DNA of 64,000 bases from Octopus sinensis (lineage: Eukaryota): contig NC_042997.1 of the NCBI RefSeq assembly GCF_006345805.1, positions 119,412,001-119,476,000 on the forward strand. Reading direction: 5' to 3'. This document shows positions 40,834 through 51,523 of the stretch, in pieces. The notes under the pieces were generated by a model, which saw only the letters and a list, made by a program, of their open reading frames with translations, had not been told where the DNA came from and searched no databases. Position 1 is the first letter of the stretch; each line of letters opens with the position of its first letter. The position numbers and the translations under genes were made by a program.

Positions 40834-41160
40834 TGAAGGCGCATGGATTAGTGGTTAGAGCGTAGAGCTTATGATCGAGAGGTTGTGAGTTCGATTTCCG
40901 GCCCGGGCTGTGTATCATGTTCTTGAGCAATACACTTTATTTTACATTGCTCCAGTTAACTCAGCTGTAGAAATGAGTTGCGACATCACTGGTGCCAAGC
41001 TGTATCGGCCTTTACCTTTCCCTTGGATAACATCAGTGAAGGGAGGCTTGTATGCATGGGCGACCGCTGGCCTTCCACAAACAGCTTGCCATGGATTGTG
41101 TCTCGGAGGGTAACTTCTTAGGTGCAATCCCATGGTCATTCATGACCGAAGGGGGTCTCC
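40834..41160 (+). mobile_element. tRNA-derived SINE family D
   Basis: tggattagtggttagagc..gtgagttcgatttcc head; tail ggtgcaatcccatggtcattcatgaccgaaggggg; 3' piece also at ~57100-57230 (-). Confidence 0.8.
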
Positions 41161-41949
41161 TCCTATTTTATAAAAGTAGAAATTAAGTGCTGGTGGTTTT
41201 GCTACATGAAATATGACCGTTTCACTGGTCAGACTTTGATAATAATCTTTGCTTATAGATGTAAAGAATTGGTATATGGCAGAAAAATGAGTGCAGAATA
41301 TCTAAGTGGAAATGGTTGTATTATCTTTGTAAGAATGTATTCTATTGAGGCGGGTACTAAATATATAAAATTTTATGCCAATTGTGAAAATATTGATCAT
41401 TTAGTTCAACTTCAGAAGTAAGATTGTTCAAAATACGGCAACATTTATCAATTATTATCAATATTGAACGTTTATATAAATTTTATTATCGATCTCTTAC
41501 ACAAGATAATAATATTATCGAAAATCGACCAAAGTGCACCACCACATTTTAATTGATTGATCCTGAACTGTGGCAGTGCAATTATTTTAACTTATTAGGT
41601 AGAAATACTAAACTAAATTCACCAATATTATATAACGTACAAAATTTGCTTAATTTCCTTAATACATAAAGTGAACGGTGTAACACATTATTCGTTGTAT
41701 GAATACGTAACTAATTTTGTTATCTCAATTGAGGGCATAGCGCTTCCCTGTTGGCTGAATGAATCTTAATGAGTGTTTAATTAATATTATTCCCGAGGAA
41801 ATATGAAAGAAATTGGCTTGTGTGGAAACAACACCATAAATATGCAAGTATACATGGACGAACTCACAGGCACACACAGACACAGACAGAGGCACACACA
41901 GACACAGACACACACACACATATTCATATATATATATATTCATCTTGTC

Positions 41950-42172
41950 TTTTTGTAGTTTCAGATCAGAGCTGTGACCATGCTGGGACACCGCCGATTT
42001 GCTACACTGTTATTACTGAGACCTTTCTCGAATATGTGGCGCTTGGTGAAGAATACAGTTTGATGTCGCTACCCTCATTTGAACATCTTGCCGAGGGGTG
42101 GCTTCATCTGGGGCTGTCAACATGAAGCGGTCCAGTTTTGATTTGAAAACACCCACATCCACTTTGTTTAGG
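41950..42172 (-). mobile_element. CR1/L2-group LINE 3' end
   Basis: KVDVGVFKSKLDRFMLTAPDEATPRQ..SNCILHQ followed by ggcggtgtcccagcatggtcacagctctgatctgaaac tail. Confidence 0.75.
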
Positions 42173-42309
42173 TACACATACACACACACACACACATGCA
42201 CCCCACCACATATATATGAATAAAGACAGAAATATATGACAAAATATTATGTATTATAATAAATTACCATTAACAACAATTTCGGAATTGAAATCTACAA
42301 CAAAATCTG

Positions 42310-42660
42310 AACTGGACGGCACTGCGCAGTACCTACGGTCTCATCTTCTCCATCGAGGATACGAAACCAATACTGTAATAGCGTGGGACTCAAAGGACCA
42401 CAACTTTTTAACGTCCTGCCATAGAACATCCGGTTCTGCAAAGCGTAGACATGCAAGTCTTAAAAAAACGTCTAGACTTTTTTTTATCCGCTATTCCTGC
42501 TGAACCCACATCGGGTCAGCAGGCACAAATAAGAGCGAAGCGGCAACGTGCAACTCACTACTTTACCAGAAGCAATACTGGAAAATCCGCGGACGCAGTA
42601 AAGGCAATGCACCAGCATGGCCTCGGCCTCTTGCTGAAACCCGTAAAAGCTAAAAGATAA
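42310..42660 (+). mobile_element. CR1/L2-group LINE 3' end
   Basis: RYCNSVGLKGPQLFNVLP, MQVLKKRLDFFLSAIPAEPTSG, tail caccagcatggcc..ctgaaacccgtaaaagctaaaagataaa. Confidence 0.8.
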
Positions 42661-42900
42661 ATTGCTATTAACTGTAATTGTCGTTAAATAAGAATTTCTA
42701 ATGGTAAATTAAATTTTATCAAAATATATTTCTCGCCTAGTTTATAATTTTATACGTACTGATTTTTTTTACCGTGTATCTTATTATATATCCTATATTT
42801 TCTGTAGAAACATACATTAAGGAGCTTTCTTTTTTAAGAGTATCACCGGATTAGTTGAATCCATATATTGTGACTTAAATATATACATACATACATGCAT

Positions 42901-42981
<81 letters not shown>

Positions 42982-43554
42982 CATGCACCCACCGCTACAT
43001 ACATACACATATTTACGCATGTGTGCCGGTGTGGGAATATACACGTATATACATACATAAATATACACACACACACAGAGAAAGAGATAGATAGATAAGT
43101 AGGTAAGTAGCTAAGTAGGTAGAAAGATTCATAGATAGATAGTTATACATATCTCTGTATGAGTGCATGTGTGGGTTCTATAATTGATTTCAAATATTGG
43201 CACAAAGCCACTGTGTATTCTGTACTTAAAAGCAAAAATGTCTTAATTTACAATATAAATAAACCTCGAAGACCCATTCGTAAAATTCTCTTCCCTTAAA
43301 TTACGAAAATCTATAAATGTATGGTTATAAGTAGTTGAAATATAATTTTAAAAATAAGGGGTAATATTGATAAGAAAACAGCGGCAAGAGATAATTGAAT
43401 AAATAATTAAAAAGAATATTAAAAGCTTTAATGAATAATCTTGCCAAAAAATAACGGAATTATGGAAAATGCAATTTGAAATATTTTTGAGATGATATTA
43501 AGCAAATCTAACTAACTTTGAAGAAGAGATGTATTTTATTTCATTTTTTTTATT

Positions 43555-43900
43555 TCATCTAGTTTCAGCTCACGAGCTGTGGCCATGCTGGGGCACCGCC
43601 ATTTGGTGTTGCTACATGGTGCTACTTTCACGAATGCATTTTAGTAATTGATATTTGGTGCATGAGAGAGTTTGATGCAGCTGCCCTCATCTGCACCTCC
43701 TGCCGCGAAGTTGGTTCATCTGGGAATCTGGGACACTTGACAGGAAGAGGTTCAGCTTTATTTCGAAGACACCTTCATCTACCCCTTGCAGGTCTCTCGG
43801 GTCCTTCGGGAGGATATTGAAGAGCTGTGGACCTCTGAAGCCCAGGCTATTGCAGTATCTTGTCCTACATCTTGATGACAAATTTGGAGTCCTTGGCACT
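43555..43900 (-). mobile_element. CR1/L2-group LINE 3' end, abutting a SINE-B head (43900-43998)
   Basis: ORF 43687-44049: RCRTRYCNSLGFRGPQLFNILPKDPRDLQGVDEGVFEIKLNLFLSSVPD; tail ggcggtgccccagcatggccacagctcgtgagctgaaac. Confidence 0.8.
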
Positions 43901-44804
43901 AAAAGTCGACCTTGATGGAATTTGAACTCAGGACGTAAAGACAGATGAAATACTGATAAGCATTTCACCAGCCGTGCTAACGTTTCTGCTACCATCTCTG
44001 TCACTAAAATTAATTTGAAAACTGAAGTAAATAGAGAAAATAACACCAAGTAAAACTCATATAAAACAATAAAATTGTGGAGGGGTATACATGAATATAG
44101 AATATCGTTGGGTTAATAATTCTGTTTATTTAGTGTTTCGTAACATAGATAGTTATGAAGGTACCTCCATCGAAGTAGCAATTATTTTTCCATAGACGAC
44201 AAAATTAGTAAGCACAAAATAATTATATTTATGCAATTACAAATTCAGTTTGAAATTAACTTATTGTTGCTGCAAATTATTAACGATTCATATGCGAAAA
44301 TCATTAAAGTAGAGCAATTTCATACACCTGTATACATCAATATAGGGAAATATGTATTTAGATACATAAATAGATTTATTGACAAACCTACAAATGCAGA
44401 TGGTAACATCATACAAATTAGCTTTAAGTAGATTCCTTTCAGCACAGTAAGATAATTATAGCTTGAATGTTATGTGTGTGTGTATGTACGTATGCGTTCG
44501 TGTGTTTGAGTGGGTGTGTGCGTGTATTAAGCGCGCGCGCGAAATGATTAAAATTTAGATGTAAAATCGAAAAGTTTGGCATTGATTTCGAAATTATATC
44601 AAAATAAATTCTAAGAAAAAGTATTCAGTAATCCTCCAGTTTACTTTCAACTGTATTTATATATATATTTATATGAAAGCAGATATTAATTTATATTTTT
44701 ATCTGTGTCTCTGTGTTTGTGTGTGTGTATGTGTGTGTGTGTGTGTGTATAGGGAAAGAAACTGACTGATAGATAGACAGACTGAGAGACTGGTGTACAT
44801 ATGT

Positions 44805-44975
44805 TCTTTTATTCTTCTACTTGTTTCAGTCATTTGACTTCGACCATGCTGGAGGACCGCCTTTAGTCGAACAAATCCACCCAGGATTTATTCTTTCTAA
44901 CCCAAGTACTCATTACGGGGACGTAAACACAGTAACATCGATTGTCAGGCGATAGTGGGGAGACAAAGGGAGACG
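44805..44975 (-). mobile_element. SINE family A 3' half
   Basis: ctacttgtttcagtcatttgacttcgaccatgctggaggaccgcctttagtcg...ggggacgtaaacac. Confidence 0.8.
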
Positions 44976-45000
44976 CACATATATATATATATATATATAA

Positions 45001-46264
45001 GTTCAGCAACAATTTCCATTCAAATGAATATGGCAATTAATTTAGATGCACCAGAATTTTTTATGGTGTTACCCATAAAAATATGCGGGGTGATTATAAT
45101 AAAAAATAAGCAACAAGAATGAATCCAGTAATTTAGTACAATTGTTTCATACTACAACATTTTATTAAAAGCTGTAAATATCACAGCAGATTTAAGATGC
45201 CGAGTAATCTTCAGGTAATTTTATATAGGTTTTCCAATAATATAAAGTTCTCAAATCAATTAATAACATCTTAGGGAAGGTAGAAATACAGATAAAGATG
45301 TAGATATGAATGTTAGGAACATGAGGTAGTGTAGTTTAGATGTCAACTGACCAAAATCTTGTTTACAACTGACTGTTGTATGAAACTTTCTTTAGTTATA
45401 AGGATAGGGGTAAGGGCAGGCCAAGAATTCAAGTTAGTTGAAGAAAAGAAGAGGAAAATTCAGGATATGTAAATGAAGAACAGATTGTCACTAGAACAAA
45501 GGGTAAATTTATTTATGTAGGGACAAACAATTTAGGTCAGTGTAGAAAGATCATTAAATTCTCAGGAACATATGAGGTAGTAGGTCAGCTACTAACTGAC
45601 CAAACCTTACTTTCAACTGAAAGCCATCAGAAATTTTAGTAGGAATATAGGTAAGGGGATGTGAAAGAATACTGTAAAAGGGGTTTAAGTTAGTTGCAGA
45701 AAAAAATAAAGAATTTAGGATACATGAAGGGAATTCAGGTTGTCACTAGAACAAAAAGCTATTTATTTTTATGTGGTGAGAAAAAAATCTAGGTCAATGT
45801 CCAGAGGTCAATTAAATTCTTTTACAAATGGTAGGGGAACAAACTCTCATCTAACTTATAGTAGGTAGCGTATTTTATAACTGGGGGAATGGTATTAAAT
45901 GTTAAAATTAGAATAGATTTGGGGAAAGATGCAATTTCAAGATTATAGTGAGGTTAATCTAGTTGACTATAAAAGTAAATTAAAGGTCAGTATAGTATAT
46001 CTCATAATATTATTATATTAAAAAGTTAAAGTTAGAAAAAATAGGAAAACTTAAATTTCTATTTAAAGTATTTAAAAGTTCTAATTGTGTAATGTATGCA
46101 AGATAATCGTAACTCTAGACGAATATTTAGTAGATTTTTGTTACTTAGATACTTTAAAATTTCATAGGTTTCCATAGAACAGAGTTGACAGCCTACTCTA
46201 CTATTTCTATATGGTTTTGCCCTCCTAACTATATCCCATTTTAGGTTGTATCCTATATTATTTG
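45001..46264 (-). mobile_element. Probable PLE 3' fragment: end of GIY-YIG ORF (46059-46262) plus 3' non-coding region, between (TA)n tracts
   Basis: Stop-free minus frame [67 protein letters not shown], resembling the W..I...PY....C.LC..E..I.....LLN.R.E...C.H tail of CxCx5C-type PLE endonucleases. The downstream limit is inferred from the (TA)n at 44977-45000. Confidence 0.65.
45315..45820. repeat. Diverged ~250-bp tandem duplication
   Basis: Anchors occurring twice in order: ggaaca..tgaggtagt, aactgaccaaa, aagttagttg.agaaaa, ttgtcactagaacaaa, taggtca.tgt, attaaattct. Confidence 0.8.
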
Positions 46265-46320
46265 TATATATATATATATATAATATATATATTATATATA
46301 TATATTATATATATATATAT

Positions 46321-46401
<81 letters not shown>

Positions 46402-46402
46402 C

Positions 46403-46435
<33 letters not shown>

Positions 46436-46462
46436 TATATTATATATATAATATATATATAC

Positions 46463-46538
<76 letters not shown>

Positions 46539-46590
46539 CATATATATATATGCATATATATATGCATATATATATATGCATATATATATA
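46265..46590. repeat. Long (TA)n microsatellite
   Basis: Directly visible; other long (TA)n tracts at ~12065-12245, 15030-15120, 23590-23825, 33255-33345, 33660-33780, 55125-55220, 55620-55735. Confidence 0.95.
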
Positions 46591-47533
46591 AATGTTCTCC
46601 CTCCCTCCTCTTTCACTTCACTCTCTCTCTTTCATTTTTCTCGACCCACCTTCATTCTTCTATCCCTCTGTCTCTACCATTCTCTCTTCTCTCCCCACGT
46701 GAACGGTGTTGGGCCAAGCCTGACCATTATTTCTTGGTTCGATTACCATCCGCGCTACATTTATATTCGTCCCGGTGCCTGTCAAATCTTATGGCGTTGC
46801 CGTAAGGCTTTACTTCCACACATGCCAGCTTAATTTACTTTGTCTTTAGTTGCAAGACACCCCTTGTTAATGTCCTGTTATTTGTATTCTGTAACATTTC
46901 TCCGTTTTTCTCTTCGTCCTTGTTTTCGTATACATTCGCTGCTTTCTTCCAAGGAATCTAATGCTCTTAGCTTAGTTTTTCCTTGGGGTTGGCCAGATTG
47001 GAGGAATCTCGAGTATAACCAGCCGAAATTGCAAATATAATGTGGAGCTCGACTGAGGGAAGAAAACTCCGAATGACTCGTCCTTGTTTTCTTTGTATCA
47101 TACGTCTTGATGTTTTGCGTTCATTCCCATTTTTGTATTTTATATATATATATAGAGAGAAGGAAAAATTATAAAAAGGCAGAATGCTAAATTGAAGGTA
47201 AATTTTCATGAAAGTGGGTGTATCGAAAATTTTTTTTAATGTTTTTAAAAAATATATATATTAATTCGAAACGGTTTTCGACGCAATTCGACTTTTCAAG
47301 AATTTTAAGGTGAAAATAATTTTTTTTTATAATTGAGGAGAGAGAAAAAAGAAAATTACATTGTTTTTGCAACAAAATAATAAACATATACAAAAATTTT
47401 AAAAATATATACACCGATACATTGTAAAGTCTTTGTGTATCTCGAGTTCAATAATAGTTCTTGGAAAAATTACCTTGGAGGATTAAGGTCCATGTGATTA
47501 AATAAATGCGGTGTTTAATTTCGGATGTTCCTT

Positions 47534-47567
<34 letters not shown>

Positions 47568-47573
<6 letters not shown>

Positions 47574-48915
47574 AAAAAAGGAGATGTCGAACACGAGTGG
47601 TGATATATAAAAAAGGAAATGAAGAAAATGCTGACAAATAATTGAAGTAATTTAAGTAATTTAATTAGGTGAAAGTTCTTTTTACCCGTTGCGCATTTGT
47701 TATGCTTATCAAAATATAAAAGAGAGATTAGAGTCTGTCTCTTATATGTGAAAAAAAGAGGCTCCAGAGTTGTTTTGGATTTGCTTGGTTTCGCGCCTAA
47801 AATTTTGATTGGTCATTATGAAGGGGTCACGTGAATGTTTGAATGGAAGTTGGTGTTGGGGTAAGAAAAAAGGCTCCAGAGAAGTTAAAATTTGGCTAGT
47901 GTCCCGCCTAAAATTTCTTATTGGCCATAATAAAGAGGTCACGTGAATGTTTAGAATTTTCGAAAATAGTGTTGTTGAAAATTCTTATTGTTCAGGCTGG
48001 TCAGTAGACGTCATGTGGATATTTTAAATAGCTTTTTAGCGCGTAGTTAGGGAGTGTATTTTCCGCTTGACTGGATAAGTAAGTTCGTTTAGAACAGGGA
48101 GAGCTGTATGTATGTATATGTGTGCGCGCGCGCGCGTGTGTGTGTTTATATGTATGTTGGGGCGCGCGCGCGTTTATATATGTGTATGTGTGTGGGTACA
48201 ATTTTCAATATTTATAGTTCTGCTGGTCTTGTGCCTGTATCGGGAAGCAACGTATTTGTGTGAAGTCAATATTTACAGCCATTTCCAAAAAATAGTGTTG
48301 GATGTTTTGCACCCGTAGTCAATTATGTGTATGTGTGGAACCATATATTTGTGTGTGTCATGGTGTTAATATCTGGGTAATGGTGTGTGTAGGGTGTGTG
48401 CAGGTGTAAGTGTGTTTGTTGTGGGTTCGTGTTAGGGGCATGTGTTTAGAAGTGGTCTGTATTTATTAATAAGGTGGGATTCCATGGTTATTCGCTGGGT
48501 ATGAGTGGCATTGTCTTTAAATTTGTAGAGGGGAAAGATTCTAAAATTGGGATGGAGTTGTGCGGCACAGGTATCAATATGTGCACTAAATGCTATTTTT
48601 CTATATTCCTGTATTTTTATTTGGGATCTGTGGACAGTCATGCGTTGGCGGAGGCTATTTTTTGTTTGGCCTATGTAGTGTTCATTACAGCCCGAGCAAG
48701 TTAAAACATATACTAGGTTTTCTGATGCGCATGTGAAGTTGTGTTTTACTGTGAAACGTTGTCCTTATTTAAAAAGGAATTCCGGACCTTCTATTAGGTT
48801 GATGCATATACCACAGTTGGGTCTATTGCATTTGTTTACTGTGGGTTTAGTTGTTGTGGTTGGCAGTACTTTGGCATTTGTTAGGATGGTTTTCAATGAT
48901 TTGGGTTGCCTTTTG
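47568..48915 (-). repeat. Inverted copy of endonuclease + pseudo-LTR (reverse complement of ~50151-51497)
   Basis: Identical peptides on opposite strands (48432-48641 minus vs end of 50113-50634; 47742-47942 minus vs 51124..); only scattered SNPs. Confidence 0.95.
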
Positions 48916-50634
48916 AAGAACTCACTAACAAAGAATTCAACTTCATCACAAATTTCACTAGTAAAACCAGCCTCTTCTACGGTATTCCCAAAATTCATAA
49001 AAGCGAATTAATAAGTAAGGCATGCAAGGAAGCCACAAACTCTGTAATCAATGTCCCCTCACCAAATGACCTCAAATTGAGACCTATAATAGCAGGTCCC
49101 GCTTGCGAAACCCACCGCCTTAGCAACTTCATTGATACCCTTCTCAAGCCGTTCCTCAAACACATTAAAAGCTACATAAGGGACGATCTAGATATGCTCA
49201 ACCACCTCCCCAATACACTTCTTGCTGAACAAACCCTGCTAGTAACATTCGATGTAGTCAATCTTTACTCCAACATCCCCCACCACCTAGGAATAGAAGC
49301 TATCCAATTCTGGCTGGATAATTACTCCAACGAACTCCCACACCGCATCAAAAAGGAATTTATTTTAGAAGGACTCAAATTCATCTTAGAGAATAATTTC
49401 TTCACCTTCAACAACAATTCTACAGACAGAAATCAGGGACGGCAATGGGAACGAAAACAGCTCCCACTTACGCCAACTTAGTCATGGGATACCTGGAAAT
49501 CACCCTCTATAATAACGTTCTTAACCAATTTGGCACCACTCTCCACACACACATAGAGTAGAACTGGAAGAGATATCTTGATGACTGCTTCATCCTTTGG
49601 CCCGAAACCGTCGAGAAGCTTAACGAATTTCACACTCTTATAAATGGGCTCAACACAAACATTATTTTCACAATGGAATACAGCCCTCAACAAATTCCCT
49701 TCCTCGACATCCTCATTAAAATTCACAACAAAAAAATAGAAACAGACATATACTACAAGCCCACAGACTCCAAGCAATACCTCCCTTTCAATTCATGCCA
49801 CCCTAGACACGTTAAAATTAACATTCCCTACAACTTAGCCAAGAGAATTTGCACTATAGTCTCCAATAAAAACACCCGTCTCTTACGTCTACAAGAACTC
49901 AAGGGCACATTAACAAGCAGGGATTACCCCACGTCACTAATTGACAATGGGATCCAACGCGCCCTAAAACTCAGCACGCAGAACTTAGACGCCCTAAACC
50001 TGTTACATCGAAACCCCATACTCTACCATACATCTCTACACACAACCCCCTCAACAATGAAGCTTTTGACACCATCCTCCAGAACATTCCTGTATTACAA
50101 AAGGACCATAGAATGAACCAAATCCTCCTAACACACGAAATCATAAAGAGCAAAAGGCAACCCAAATCATTGAAAACCATCCTAACAAATGCCAAAGTAC
50201 TGCCAACCACAACAACTAAACCCACAGTAAACAAATGCAATAGACCCAACTGTGGTATATGCATCAACCTAATAGAAGGTCCGGAATTCCTTTTTAAACA
50301 AGGACAACGTTTCACAGTAAAACACAACTTCACATGCGCATCAGAAAACCTAGTATATGTTTTAACTTGCTCGGGCTGTAATGAACACTACATAGGCCAA
50401 ACAAAAAATAGCCTCCGCCAACGCATGACTGTCCACAGATCCCAAATAAAAATACAGGAATATAGAAAAATAGCATTTAGTGCACATATTGATACCTGTG
50501 CCGCACAACTCCATCCCAATTTTAGAATCTTTCCCCTCTACAAATTTAAAGACAATGCCACTCATACCCAGCGAATAACCATGGAATCCCACCTTATTAA
50601 TAAATACAGACCACTTCTAAACACATGCCCCTAA
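48915..50634 (+). CDS. PLE RT + GIY-YIG endonuclease (copy 1, 5'-truncated, single-base frameshifts)
   Basis: ORFs 48906-49481, 49673-50116 and 50113-50634 join with 1-nt indels; catalytic YLDD at ~49574-49585; stop after RPLLNTCP. Confidence 0.9.
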
Positions 50635-51052
50635 CACGAACCCACAACAAACACACTTACACCTGCACACACCCTACACACACCTTTACCCAGATATTAA
50701 CACCATGACACACACAAATATATGGTTCCACACATACACATAATTGAATACGGGTGCAAAACATCCAACACTATTTTTTGGAAATGGCTGTAAATATTGA
50801 CTTCACACAAATACGTTGCTTCCCGATACAGGCACAAGGCCAGCAGAACTATAAATATTGAAAATTGTACCCACACACATACACATATATACACGCGCGC
50901 GCGCCCCAACATACATATAAACACACACACGCGCGCGCGCGCACACATATACATACATACAGCTCTCCCTGTTCTAAACGAACTTACTTATCCAGTCAAG
51001 CGGAAAATACACTCCCTAACTACGCGCTAAAAAGCTATTTAAAATATCCACA

Positions 51053-51277
51053 TGACGTCTACTGACCAGCCTGAACAATAAGAATTTTCAACAACACTAT
51101 TTTCGAAAATTCTAAACATTCACGTGACCTCTTTATTATGGCCAATAAGAAATTTTAGGCGGGACACTAGCCAAATTTTAACTTCTCTGGAGCCTTTTTT
51201 CTTACCCCAACACCAACTTCCATTCAAACATTCACGTGACCCCTTCATAATGACCAATCAAAATTTTAGGCGCGAAA
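51053..51277 (+). promoter_or_regulatory. Putative internal promoter in the PLE pseudo-LTR (CRE-like + duplicated E-box/CCAAT/E2F-like module)
   Basis: tgacgtc 51053; cacgtgac 51121 and 51233; ccaat 51142 and 51254 (21 bp after each E-box); ttttaggcgggac and ttttaggcgcgaaa. Confidence 0.45.
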
Positions 51278-51379
51278 CCAAGCAAATCCAAAACAACTCT
51301 GGAGCCTCTTTTTTCACATATAAGAGACAGACTCTAATCTCTCTTTTATATTTTGATAAGCATAACAAATGCGCAACCG

Positions 51380-51460
51380 GTAAAAAGAACTTTCACCTAA
51401 TTAAATTACTTAAATTACTTCAATTATTTGTCAGTATTTTCTTCATTTCCTTTTTTATAG
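51380..51460 (+). other. Candidate 81-nt intron in the PLE pseudo-LTR/5' leader
   Basis: accg|gtaaaa donor, cctaat branch-like motif, tttcttcatttccttttttatag| acceptor shortly before ATG 51524; PLEs are known to carry a pLTR intron. Confidence 0.4.
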
Positions 51461-51523
51461 ATCACCACTCGTGTTCGACATCTCCTTTTTTTAAATATCA
51501 TATCCCCGCACGAGATACAGAAA

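Noticed and set aside
45585-45645. Hammerhead-like ctactaa-CTGACCA...GAAA-ttttagtag (plus) or CTGATGG...GAAA...GTC (minus) in the 250-bp repeat
   Set aside because: Core mismatches and no stem III; at most a decayed motif.
45270-46050. Possible LRR or C2H2 zinc-finger pseudogene in the tandem repeat
   Set aside because: No consistent frame or motif periodicity; better explained as non-coding sequence downstream of a PLE endonuclease tail.
51040-51120. Hammerhead ribozyme in the Neptune pLTR (ctgaccag...gaaaattct hairpin)
   Set aside because: Core reads CTGACCA rather than CTGANGA and no valid stem III/NUH arrangement was found on either strand; only a simple agaattttc/gaaaattct hairpin is supported.
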